A DNA stretch of 64,000 nucleotides from an uncultured Planctomycetales bacterium (GTDB taxonomy: Bacteria > Omnitrophota > Gorgyraeia > Aquiviventales > Aquiviventaceae), in assembly GCA_964556925.1 (NCBI GenBank), contig CAZKXY010000001.1, positions 2,790-66,789 on the forward strand, read 5' to 3'. Positions within the stretch are counted from its first letter, which is position 1; every line of letters begins with the position of its first letter. The notes below the pieces were generated by a model, which was given only the letters and a program-made list of their open reading frames with translations, was not told the DNA's origin and did not search any database. The translations under genes were made by a program, and so were the position numbers. Positions 37,155 through 45,705 of the stretch are shown here, one piece after another.

Positions 37155-37958
37155 ATGCAGAAGCTGGCGCGAAAGATCCTGCGGGCGGTTGCGGATTACG
37201 ACCCGGACTATTACGATATGTATGCGGACCCGAACGAGGCCGCGTTTGCCACGCTCTATCTCACGCGGATTACGCGTCATGCCGAGGCGGCCGGCATCCG
37301 CCCGCCCGCCCGCGTGCTGGAAGCCGGCTGCCAGGCCGGGCGGCTCGTGGTGCCGCTGGCCAAGCTGGGCTTTGACGTCACCGGGATCGACACGTCAGGG
37401 TTTGCGCTGCGGCGCGCCGCGGCCCATGCCACAGCGGCCGGGGTGGACGCGGCCTGGCTCAAGGGAGACCTGGTGGACGTGTTAGCCGGCGCGGCGCCGG
37501 AGCAGTACGACCTCGTCATCTGCGCGGAGGTGGTCTACCTCAGCCCGCAGTACCGCGAGATGCTGCGGGTCCTGGCGCGCGCGGCGCGGCCGGGCGGGCT
37601 GCTCTGCGTGTCGCACCGGCCCCTGTGGTACTACCTCATCGAAGCGCTCCGGGCGCAGGATCGCGAGGCCGCGGCGGACGTGCTGCGGCGGCGCGAGGGG
37701 CCCTTTCGAGAGACCCGGTACGTGAACTGGCAGACGGAGGAGGAGCTGCGCAGCCTGTACGCGTCGTTGGGCGTGGCGTGGCTGGGGTGCTACCCGATCG
37801 ACCGGCTGGCGTGGTTGACGCAGACCGACCTGTCGCAGCTCTCGGCGGCCGAGCGGGCGGCGTGGCTCGAGCAGGAACTGACGCTGGCCGCTGAGGCCGC
37901 GACCTGCGCTCGGTACGCGCTGGTCGTGGCGCAGAAACCGCATGGGGCTGGGGGATGA
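37155..37958 (+). CDS. Class I SAM-dependent methyltransferase
   Basis: VLEAGCQAGRLVVPLA (motif I) and DLVICAEVVYL. Confidence 0.65.
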   Translation: MQKLARKILRAVADYDPDYYDMYADPNEAAFATLYLTRITRHAEAAGIRPPARVLEAGCQAGRLVVPLAKLGFDVTGIDTSGFALRRAAAHATAAGVDAAWLKGDLVDVLAGAAPEQYDLVICAEVVYLSPQYREMLRVLARAARPGGLLCVSHRPLWYYLIEALRAQDREAAADVLRRREGPFRETRYVNWQTEEELRSLYASLGVAWLGCYPIDRLAWLTQTDLSQLSAAERAAWLEQELTLAAEAATCARYALVVAQKPHGAGG

Positions 37959-38277
37959 TCCACCACCTGCCGCTGGCGGCGCACAGGCCGAGCGCGCCGC
38001 CGACGTGTACCTGATGCAGAGCCGTCTGGATGGTAGCTTCGACGTCGGGTGGACGACGGATCCTGTGCGCCGCCTGGTTGAGCACAACGCCGGCGGCTCC
38101 CGCTGGACCAGCCACAAGCGCCCCTGGCGGCTCCTGGGCGTCGAGCGGCAGCCGACCAGGGACGCCGCCAAGCGGTACGAGCGCACGCTGAAGCGGAGCC
38201 CCCACAAACTGGCGATCTTCAAGAAGCGGGTGCTCAACCGGGCGGCCAATGGCCGCCCGCGGCAGGTTGTGGGATGA
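37942..38277 (+). CDS. GIY-YIG nuclease-family protein (UPF0213/YhbQ-like)
   Basis: VYLMQSRLDGSFDVGWTTD...RRLVEHN...W...L.R is a GIY-YIG core. Overlaps both neighbouring genes. Confidence 0.55.
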   Translation: MGLGDDPPPAAGGAQAERAADVYLMQSRLDGSFDVGWTTDPVRRLVEHNAGGSRWTSHKRPWRLLGVERQPTRDAAKRYERTLKRSPHKLAIFKKRVLNRAANGRPRQVVG

Positions 38278-38984
38278 GCCGCTGGCGCTACCACCTGCCG
38301 ATTCTGGGCTACCATCGCGTGGGGCCGTTTCGCCCCGATCACGTGCCGACCGTCTCCGCGGAGGCCTTTGCACGGCAGCTGCGCTGGCTGACGCGCTGGG
38401 GCTACCAGGTGGTGAGCCTGGATGAGGTGGTGGCGCGCCTCGAGCGCCGGCAGCCGCTGCCGAGGCGCCGCACGGTCATTACGTTCGACGACGGCTATGA
38501 AGAAACCTGCTCAATCGCCTGGCCCCTCCTCAAGCGCTTCGGCATGACGGCGACGGTCTTCGTGACGCCCAACGAAGTCGGCTTGCCGGGATTCGCGACC
38601 TGGGACCAGCTGCAGGCCCTGGCCCGCGGCGGCATCACCATCGGCAGCCACACGTTGCACCACTGCTATCTGCCGCTCGTGGAGGCCCATCGCCTGCCGG
38701 ACGAGATCGCCGGCTCGAAACGCGTCTTGGAGGACCGGCTGCAGCAGCCCGTCCAGTACCTCAGCTATCCGGTGGGCGGATTTAACCCCAGGGTCCAGGC
38801 GTTGGTCCAGGAGGCCGGCTACCGGGCCGCCTGCACGACAAACCGCGCCGAGCCGCGCAACGGCCTGGATCGGTTCGCGCTGCGCCGGATCAAGGTGAAC
38901 GAGCAGGATGCGAATCCGGTTCGGCTCCTGGCCAAACTGTCCGGCTACTACGATCTCTTCCGACGGGTGAACGCGCCCGCATAG
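38274..38984 (+). CDS. Polysaccharide deacetylase (NodB/CE4)
   Basis: ITFDDGY, SHTLHH and LSYPVG motifs. Confidence 0.75.
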   Translation: MSRWRYHLPILGYHRVGPFRPDHVPTVSAEAFARQLRWLTRWGYQVVSLDEVVARLERRQPLPRRRTVITFDDGYEETCSIAWPLLKRFGMTATVFVTPNEVGLPGFATWDQLQALARGGITIGSHTLHHCYLPLVEAHRLPDEIAGSKRVLEDRLQQPVQYLSYPVGGFNPRVQALVQEAGYRAACTTNRAEPRNGLDRFALRRIKVNEQDANPVRLLAKLSGYYDLFRRVNAPA

Positions 38985-39008
38985 GCGGCGGCTGCCATCG
39001 CGATTCGT

Positions 39009-40139
39009 GTGCTGATCGGCTACGTGACGGCGGGCACGGGGCACCGCCGGGCCGCCGAGGCGCTGGCCCAGGCGGTGCGCGCCCGCGACCCGCAGGCCGA
39101 GGTGGCGTGCCTCGATGTGCTCGCCGACGCGCCGGGCCGGTTCGCGGCGTTCTACGACCGCACCTACCTCCTCATGGTGCGGCATCTCTCCGGGGTCTGG
39201 AAGCTCAGCTACGGCCTGTTGGATCAGCCGTGGGTCTACCGCCTGGTCCAACCGCTGCGGCGGCGATGGAACCGCTGGATTGCCCGCCGGTTCATTGACC
39301 GGGTGAAGGCCTGGCGGCCGGACGTCGTCCTGGCCACCCATTTTTTGCCCGCGGATCTCTGCAACACGGGCCGGGCGGGGGGCTGGCTGAGCGCCCCGCT
39401 GGTCGTCGTCGTGACCGATTGGCATCCCCACCGGTTTTGGCTCGCGCCGGCGGCGGACGCGATGGTCGTCAGCACGGCCCACGCGGCGGCCGTGCTGGAG
39501 CGCCGCGGCATCGCCCGCGATCGGATCCGGGTCGTCGGCATTCCGATCGGCCGGGCGTTCCTCCAGCCTCCAGCCCCCGCGGCGCTGCGCCGGCGGTTTG
39601 CTCTTCAACCGGGCCGGCAGACGGTGCTGGTGACCAGCGGGGGCACCACCGTCGGGCAATTTGCGCGCGTCGTGCGCGCGCTGGCCGAGCTCGAGCGGGT
39701 GATCCCCGGCCGGCTGCAGCTCGTGGTGGTCTGCGGGGAAGACCATGCCATGCAGCGACGGTTGGGGCGGTTCGCGCAGACGTGCGCCATGCCCATGCGC
39801 GTGTTCGACTTCGTCGACTTCATGGCGGAGCTGATGGCCGTGAGCGATCTCGCGGTGGCGAAAGCCGGCGGGCTGACGGTGAGCGAGGCGTTGAGCTGCG
39901 GGTTGCCGCTGGTGCTGTATCACGTCATCCCGGGGCAGGAACGGTTGAACGCGGCGTACGTCGAGCGGCACGGGGCGGCGCGCATCGCGCGGGGACCGGG
40001 CGAGGTGGCGGCGAGGGTTCGCGAGCTGATCGGACAGCCCACACGGCTGGCGGCCATGCGAGCCGCGGCCCGTACCCTGAGCCATCCGGATGCGGCCGCG
40101 CGGATCATCAGCGAGATCGTGGAGCCGCTCGCGCGATGA
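39009..40139 (+). CDS. GT28-family glycosyltransferase (MGDG-synthase / MurG-like diacylglycerol or lipid glycosyltransferase)
   Basis: The N-terminal GTGHRRAAEAL and overall colinearity with monogalactosyldiacylglycerol synthase/UgtP-type proteins. Confidence 0.6.
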   Translation: MLIGYVTAGTGHRRAAEALAQAVRARDPQAEVACLDVLADAPGRFAAFYDRTYLLMVRHLSGVWKLSYGLLDQPWVYRLVQPLRRRWNRWIARRFIDRVKAWRPDVVLATHFLPADLCNTGRAGGWLSAPLVVVVTDWHPHRFWLAPAADAMVVSTAHAAAVLERRGIARDRIRVVGIPIGRAFLQPPAPAALRRRFALQPGRQTVLVTSGGTTVGQFARVVRALAELERVIPGRLQLVVVCGEDHAMQRRLGRFAQTCAMPMRVFDFVDFMAELMAVSDLAVAKAGGLTVSEALSCGLPLVLYHVIPGQERLNAAYVERHGAARIARGPGEVAARVRELIGQPTRLAAMRAAARTLSHPDAAARIISEIVEPLAR

Positions 40140-40526
40140 CAGTTTTCTCATGGCGCGCGTCTTGCCAGCTGCGGGATTGGCTCGCGGTCGGGTCGCGGCA
40201 TCGCGTCCCCGCCGCTCACGGGCGGGGCGCCGGCGGCGGGGCCTGGCGCCGCGCCGGCCCCCGCGGCGCCACCCGCCGCTAGCGGTCCCCCCGCTGGGGG
40301 GCGGGCGGCGAGGCGGCCTGAGGCGCATGCCGCCCGGACCGAGGCGTGGAGCGGGGAGCCAGGCAGGGGACGCCGAAACTGACCGAGGGCGCAGCCCGAG
40401 GGAATTTCGGAGGGGCCTCCCCGCCTGGCCGGCGGGGCGAGGGAGGACGGCGCGCCGAAGGCTGCTCGCCGCCCGCACCTGGCGAGGGACCCGGCGGGCC
40501 ATTGCCGACTCACAGCAGGTGCTTGG

Positions 40527-41267
40527 ATGACCGTGGTTGACCGGCGGGCGATGGCCCGCGCATTGCAGCGGCATGTGGAAGGGCTGCGGCTCATGGGCGT
40601 GACGCATCTGCCTGCCTGCCGCGCCGATGATCAGTCGGACTGGGCGTCATGGCGCGGCGCGGGATCAGGAACACCCTCCAGGTCTGAGCGGCTGGCCCGG
40701 CTGGCCGCGGAGGTGGCGCGCTGCCGGCGCTGTCCGCTCTACCGCACGAGGACGCACGCGGTTGTCAGCGACGGCAGCCCCGAGGCCCGCCTCGTGTTTG
40801 TCGGGGAAGCCCCGGGTCGAGAGGAAGACCTCCAGGGCAAGCCGTTCGTCGGGGCCGCGGGGCAGCTCCTGACCAAGATGATCGCGGCGATGGGGATGCG
40901 GCGGCAGGACGTGTACATCTGCAACGTGTTGAAGGACCGGCCGCCGGCCAACCGCACCCCGCTGCCGGAGGAGATGGACGCGTGCCTGCCGTTTTTGGAG
41001 CAGCAGCTCGCCATCGTCCACCCGCGCGTCATCTGCACGCTCGGCGCGGTCGCCACGAAGGCGCTCCTGGGCCCCTCGGTCCCCCTCTCCGCCATCCGGG
41101 GCACGGTGCGCGACTTCCGCGGCACCCCGCTCGTGCCGACGTTCCACCCCGCGTACCTGCTGCGCAATCCCGCCGCCAAGAAGTTCGCCTGGGCCGACCT
41201 CAAGACCGTGAAGTCGCTCTTAGAAGAAAAGGTGTCAGACACTTTTCAAAGCGGGAAAAGTGTCTGA
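40527..41267 (+). CDS. Uracil-DNA glycosylase, family 4 (4Fe-4S type)
   Basis: CRRCPLY, GEAPGREED and HPAYLLR motifs. The last ~12 codons read through repeat A4. Confidence 0.8.
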   Translation: MTVVDRRAMARALQRHVEGLRLMGVTHLPACRADDQSDWASWRGAGSGTPSRSERLARLAAEVARCRRCPLYRTRTHAVVSDGSPEARLVFVGEAPGREEDLQGKPFVGAAGQLLTKMIAAMGMRRQDVYICNVLKDRPPANRTPLPEEMDACLPFLEQQLAIVHPRVICTLGAVATKALLGPSVPLSAIRGTVRDFRGTPLVPTFHPAYLLRNPAAKKFAWADLKTVKSLLEEKVSDTFQSGKSV

Positions 41268-41274
41268 CACCCTT
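41227..41274. repeat. Family-A element, copy A4 (short spacer), between udg and priA
   Basis: AAAAGGTGTCAGACACTTTTCAAAGCGGGAAAAGTGTCTGACACCCTTT. Confidence 0.85.
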
Positions 41275-41275
41275 T

Positions 41276-43381
41276 ATGACGATGATTGCTGAAGTGGTGT
41301 TCAACCTTCCGCTGGAGAAATCCTTCCACTACCTGATCCCGGAGGCAGCGCGCGACACGCTGGAGCCGGGGATGCGCGTGTTGGCGCCGTTCGGCCCGCG
41401 CGAGCGGATGGGCTTCGTCGTGGAGCGCCTCGAGCGCAGCCCCATCCGTCACCTGAAAGCGATCCGGCGCGTGGTGGATCCCGTGCCCGTCATTGCGGAG
41501 GAGCGCTGGGCGCTGGCGTCGTGGCTCTCCGGCTACTACTGCTGCAGCCTCGGCGAGGTGCTGGCCGCGATGGTCCCGAGTGCGTTGCGGCTTGCTGTCC
41601 CGGTGCCAGGCACTTCAACGCCGGTGCCTGGCTCTTCGGCGCCAGTCACCGAAGCCCTAGGCGCCGAAGTGCCTGGCACCGGAAGAGAGCCAGATGCCGG
41701 CGGGGAGCCAGGCACCGACATTGAACTGACCGCCGACCAGCGGCGCGCCCTCGCGGCGATTCGGGACGCGATGGCCGCGCCGAGGTCCCGCACCGTGCTG
41801 CTCAACGGGGTGACCGGGTCAGGGAAGACCGAACTCTACCTGCGGGCGATCGCCGAAGGGCTCTCGCAGGGCCGGTCGGCGATCTGCCTCATCCCGGAGA
41901 TTGCGCTGACCCCCCAGACGATCGACCGGTTCCGCGCCCGGTTCGGCGGGATGGTCGCCGTCTGGCACAGCCGGATGGGCGACGCGCAGCGCGCCACAGC
42001 CTGGCAGCGGCTGCGACGGGGCGAGGCGCGCATCGTCGTCGGCGCCCGCTCGGCGGTGTTCGCGCCCGTGACGCGCCTGGGCCTTGTGATCCTCGATGAG
42101 GAGCACGAGCCGACGTACAAGCAGGAAGACACCCCGCGCTACCACGCGCGTGAGGTCGCGGTCGCTCGGGCCAAGCTGGTGGGTGCGACGGTGGTGCTGG
42201 GCAGCGCCACCCCGTCGGTGGAAAGCCGCTACGCGGCCGGCCGGCCGGGCGGCATCCTCGTCACGCTGCCGCAACGGGTGAAGGGCCGCCCGATGCCGAC
42301 GGTGGAGCTCGTGGACATGCGGGACGAGCTGATGGCGCGGCATCGGCTCGGCCCGCTCTCCGCCCGGCTGACGCGGGCCCTGGCGCACACCGTGGACCGT
42401 GGCGAGCAGGCGATGCTCCTCCTCAACCGGCGCGGGTTCGCCCGTGTCGCCTCCTGCCCGTCCTGCGGCTACGTGGCCCGGTGCGTGCGCTGCGCCGTGC
42501 CGCTCGTCTATCACGCCGGCCGCCAGGCGCTCCTCTGCCACTATTGCAACTTTCACGAGCCGCCGCCGGAGCTGTGCCCGGCGTGCCGCAAAGGCTACCT
42601 GCGGTTCCGCGGCTCCGGGACGGAGCGGGTGGAGTCGGAGCTGCACCGGCTGTTTCCTCTCGCCGCCATCGCCCGCATGGACCGGGATACGACGAGACGG
42701 GCGCAACGGTACCGGGAGGTCTATGACGCGGTGCGGACGCAGCAGGTGGGTGTCTTGGTTGGGACGCAGATGATTGCGAAGGGGCTGGATTTCCCGCAGG
42801 TGACGCTGGTCGGGGTGGTCTCGGCGGATACCGCCCTCAACCTGCCGGATTTCCGGGCGGGGGAGCGGACGTTTGATCTGTTGACGCAGATGGCCGGCCG
42901 GGCCGGCCGCGGACAGCAGCCGGGGCGCGTGCTGATCCAGACATTTTGCCCGCGCCACTACGCAATCCAGGCGGCCCAGCACCACGACTACCGGCGGTTC
43001 TATGAGGAGGAGCTGGCGATGCGCCGCCGCCTGCGCCTGCCGCCGTTCGTCCACCTTGTGGAGCTGACCGTGATCGGCTCATCCCTCGCTGGCGTCCAGG
43101 AGGCTTCGCAGCGATTGGCCGACGCGCTGCGCCGCGCGGCAACTCCGCGCCTGCCTGCCGCGCCGAGCGAACGGCGCCAACGGCGCACGACGCAGGCAGG
43201 GCGCATCACCGTGCTCGGCCCGGCGCCCCACCGGCTGGTTCGGCTGCGGCGGGCCTATCGCATGTGCGTGCTCCTGAAGGCGAAGTCGGTGGAGCCGATC
43301 GGGCGCCTGCTGCGGCAGGTCCTGGACCCGGGACGGAAGTTCCGCGGTCTGCCCGTGCTGGTGAACGTGGACCCCCTGTGA
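41276..43381 (+). CDS. priA: Primosomal protein N' (PriA replication-restart helicase)
   Basis: GVTGSGKTE (Walker A), DEEHE, the Cys-rich zinc-binding region CPSCG...CVRCAVPL...CHYCNF...CPAC and the C-terminal domain. Contains an in-frame palindromic insert at 41602-41680. Confidence 0.9.
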   Translation: MTMIAEVVFNLPLEKSFHYLIPEAARDTLEPGMRVLAPFGPRERMGFVVERLERSPIRHLKAIRRVVDPVPVIAEERWALASWLSGYYCCSLGEVLAAMVPSALRLAVPVPGTSTPVPGSSAPVTEALGAEVPGTGREPDAGGEPGTDIELTADQRRALAAIRDAMAAPRSRTVLLNGVTGSGKTELYLRAIAEGLSQGRSAICLIPEIALTPQTIDRFRARFGGMVAVWHSRMGDAQRATAWQRLRRGEARIVVGARSAVFAPVTRLGLVILDEEHEPTYKQEDTPRYHAREVAVARAKLVGATVVLGSATPSVESRYAAGRPGGILVTLPQRVKGRPMPTVELVDMRDELMARHRLGPLSARLTRALAHTVDRGEQAMLLLNRRGFARVASCPSCGYVARCVRCAVPLVYHAGRQALLCHYCNFHEPPPELCPACRKGYLRFRGSGTERVESELHRLFPLAAIARMDRDTTRRAQRYREVYDAVRTQQVGVLVGTQMIAKGLDFPQVTLVGVVSADTALNLPDFRAGERTFDLLTQMAGRAGRGQQPGRVLIQTFCPRHYAIQAAQHHDYRRFYEEELAMRRRLRLPPFVHLVELTVIGSSLAGVQEASQRLADALRRAATPRLPAAPSERRQRRTTQAGRITVLGPAPHRLVRLRRAYRMCVLLKAKSVEPIGRLLRQVLDPGRKFRGLPVLVNVDPL
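41602..41680. repeat. Family-B palindromic element inside the priA coding sequence (in-frame, encodes a Pro/Gly/Thr-rich linker)
   Basis: GGTGCCAGGCACTTC ... (49 nt) ... GAAGTGCCTGGCACC is a perfect 15-bp inverted repeat. It translates as VPVPGTSTPVPGSSAPVTEALGAEVPGTG. Confidence 0.7.
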
Positions 43382-43386
43382 GCACA

Positions 43387-43493
43387 AAAGTGCCAGGCAC
43401 TTTCCCGGTTGGATTTTTGGTTTAGCTGTGTCACACCGAAGTTTTCCACAGGTTGGCGGAAATTGGAAGCGGGAAAGTGCCTGGCACTTTTTT
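43387..43493. terminator. Family-B palindromic element forming a long hairpin with T-runs on both strands: a candidate bidirectional intrinsic terminator between convergent priA and the TPR gene
   Basis: AAAAGTGCCAGGCACTTTCCCG ... CGGGAAAGTGCCTGGCACTTTTTT. The 21-22-bp arms are separated by about 60 nt. TTTTTT follows the hairpin on the + strand, and TTTTGTG follows it on the - strand. Confidence 0.55.
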
Positions 43494-44088
43494 ACGCGGC
43501 GAAACCTTTCTTGAGGGTGCCGAGGGCGTCGAGGTTGCGGAGGCTCTGTTGCGCTTCGAGGTCGCCGGGATGGAGCTTGAGGAGGCGCTCGAAGCACTGC
43601 CGCGCTTGCGCGTCGTTGCCGTGCTTCATACCCAGCCGCGCCAGCTTCCGCAGCGCCCCGAGATGGTTGGGGTCGATCGACAACAGCTCGTCGTAGATCT
43701 GCACCGCCGCCTCGTCCAAGCCGCTCTTCGCCAGGCTGAAGGCCAGGCGCATCAGCAGCGACCGGGAGCGGGGCAGCCGGCCCAGCAGCCATTCGTACAG
43801 CTGGATCGCCTGGCGGGTCTTGCCCTGCCACTGCGCGAGCACGGCAACTGCGCGCAGCGGAAGCGTCACGAGGGCCATCCCGAGCTGCGCCAGCGTCGAG
43901 GGCGGATGCTCGGCGAAGCGTTTTTGGACGGCCAGGCGCAGATACCGGCGCGCGTCGGTCGCGTCGGGGGCGAACCGGACGATGTACGCGAAGAGATCGA
44001 CGGCGTACTCGTAGCTGCCCTGCGTATAGGCCGCGACGCCTTTCTCGTAGTAGGGGACAAGGTCCGCGGGCACCGCCGAGACGGCCAT
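43492..44088 (-). CDS. TPR-repeat protein (only minus-strand gene in the window)
   Basis: Tandem TPR-like helices (AYTQGSYEYAVDLFAYIV...; AIQLYEWLL; AAVQIYDELLSIDPNH; AQARQCFERLLKLHPGD). An upstream in-frame ATG at 44148 would read into repeat A5. Confidence 0.6.
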   Translation of the reverse strand: MAVSAVPADLVPYYEKGVAAYTQGSYEYAVDLFAYIVRFAPDATDARRYLRLAVQKRFAEHPPSTLAQLGMALVTLPLRAVAVLAQWQGKTRQAIQLYEWLLGRLPRSRSLLMRLAFSLAKSGLDEAAVQIYDELLSIDPNHLGALRKLARLGMKHGNDAQARQCFERLLKLHPGDLEAQQSLRNLDALGTLKKGFAA

Positions 44089-44134
44089 GGCCGCATTATC
44101 GCCGAATCGACCGGTGGCGTCAACGGCCGCCCCA

Positions 44135-44181
44135 AAGGTGTCAGACACCTTTTCCGCTTTGAAAAGTGTCTGACACCTTTT
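44135..44181. repeat. Family-A element, copy A5 (short spacer, opposite orientation), between the TPR gene and def
   Basis: AAAGGTGTCAGACACCTTTTCCGCTTTGAAAAGTGTCTGACACCTTTT, the reverse complement of the A1/A4 spacer. Confidence 0.85.
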
Positions 44182-44201
44182 AGAATAGCAGCAGGTCCGT
44201 C

Positions 44202-44720
44202 ATGAGCGTCCAGCCGCTGTGCCAGGAGCCCCACCCCGTGTTGCGCAGTCTGGCGAAACCGGTGCAGGCATTCACGGATGAGATCAGGCGGCTGGGCGAG
44301 GATCTCATTGACACGATGTACGCCCACGACGGCATCGGGCTGGCCGCCCCGCAGATCGGGCGGGCGCTGCAGGCGATCGTCGTCAATCCCTCGCAGGTGT
44401 CCGGGAGGGAAGTCGTGCTGATCAACCCGGTGCTGGAGGCGGCCGAGGGACGCGCCGGGATTGTGGAAGGGTGTCTGAGCGTGCCCAAGGTCTGGCACCG
44501 GGTGAGCCGCGCGGCCCGCGTGCGCGTGCGCGGACACGATCCCGCAGGCCATTCGCTGACGGTCGACGCCAAGGGGTTGTTGGCCATTGTGCTCCAACAC
44601 GAGTTGGACCATCTGCAAGGGCGGCTGTTCGTCGACCGCCTCTCCTGGGTCCGTCGCTGCTGGGCGTATGCCCGGATCCGCGCGCTGGGGCGTCAGTCCG
44701 CGCTCGCCGGATGCGGGTGA
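44202..44720 (+). CDS. def: Peptide deformylase
   Basis: GIGLAAPQIG, EGCLS and HELDHL motifs. Confidence 0.9.
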   Translation: MSVQPLCQEPHPVLRSLAKPVQAFTDEIRRLGEDLIDTMYAHDGIGLAAPQIGRALQAIVVNPSQVSGREVVLINPVLEAAEGRAGIVEGCLSVPKVWHRVSRAARVRVRGHDPAGHSLTVDAKGLLAIVLQHELDHLQGRLFVDRLSWVRRCWAYARIRALGRQSALAGCG

Positions 44721-45652
44721 TGTTCTTCGGCACGTCCGCGTTCGCCGTGCCGAGCCTGGAGCGCCTGGCGGCATCCCACGCTGTCGTCCACTGCATCACC
44801 CAGCCTGATCGCCCGCAGGGGCGAGGGCTCGCCCGCGCGCCCTCGCCGGTGAAGGTGGCGGCGCAGCGGCTGCGCCTGCCGCTTGTGCAGCCGGCGCGGC
44901 TGCGGGCCGAAGACGCTGCCGGGGTGGCCGCTGACATCGGCGTAGCCGCGGCGTACGGCCAGTTCATCCCCAAGGCGCTGCTTGCCCTGCCGGCCCACGG
45001 GATGCTGGGCGTGCATCCGTCGCTGTTGCCGAAGTACCGCGGGGCCGCCCCGGTGGCCTGGGCGATCGTGAACGGCGAGGCGACCACCGGCGTGACGATC
45101 TTCCGCATGAACGAGCGGCTCGACGCCGGCGAGGTGGTGGCGCAGGAGGAGGTGGCCATCGAGCCGCACGAGGATGCGCAGCAGCTCACCGCGCGTCTGG
45201 CGCGCCTCGGCGCCGAGGCGCTGCTTGGCGCCCTGGAGCGGATCGCGCAGGGCCAGGCGACCTTCATTCCGCAGGATGAGTCGCGGGCGATCCCGGCGCC
45301 GAAGCTGACCAAGGCCCACGGCCGGATCGACTGGGCCCGTCCGGCCGAGCAGATCGTGCGGCTGGTGCGCGCAACCGTCCCCTGGCCAGGCGCCTGGACC
45401 GAGTGGCGCGGCGGCCTGCTGAAGATCTGGGCGGCCGTGGCGCGCGCGGAGCCGACGGCCGTTGCGCCGGGGACCGTGGCGCGCGCGGCCGGCGATGCGC
45501 TGGCGATCGCCGCCGGCGGGGACCTAGTGGAGCTGGTGGAGGTGCAGCCGGCCGGCCGGCGGCGCATGCGCATCCAGGAGTTCCTCGCCGGCCACAGAAT
45601 TGATGTTGGTGAGCGTTTTGGGACAGGGGACAGGAGACAGGGGGCAGGTTGA
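44711..45652 (+). CDS. fmt: Methionyl-tRNA formyltransferase
   Basis: MRVMFFGT..FA, HPSLLPKYRG, and a C-terminal domain. The canonical def-fmt pair. An alternative ATG at 44720 overlaps the def stop. Confidence 0.85.
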   Translation: MRVMFFGTSAFAVPSLERLAASHAVVHCITQPDRPQGRGLARAPSPVKVAAQRLRLPLVQPARLRAEDAAGVAADIGVAAAYGQFIPKALLALPAHGMLGVHPSLLPKYRGAAPVAWAIVNGEATTGVTIFRMNERLDAGEVVAQEEVAIEPHEDAQQLTARLARLGAEALLGALERIAQGQATFIPQDESRAIPAPKLTKAHGRIDWARPAEQIVRLVRATVPWPGAWTEWRGGLLKIWAAVARAEPTAVAPGTVARAAGDALAIAAGGDLVELVEVQPAGRRRMRIQEFLAGHRIDVGERFGTGDRRQGAG

Positions 45653-45705
45653 GATGCTCGCTGCGACCTGTCTCCTGTCTCCGGTCTCCTGTCTTAGCCG
45701 TTCCG

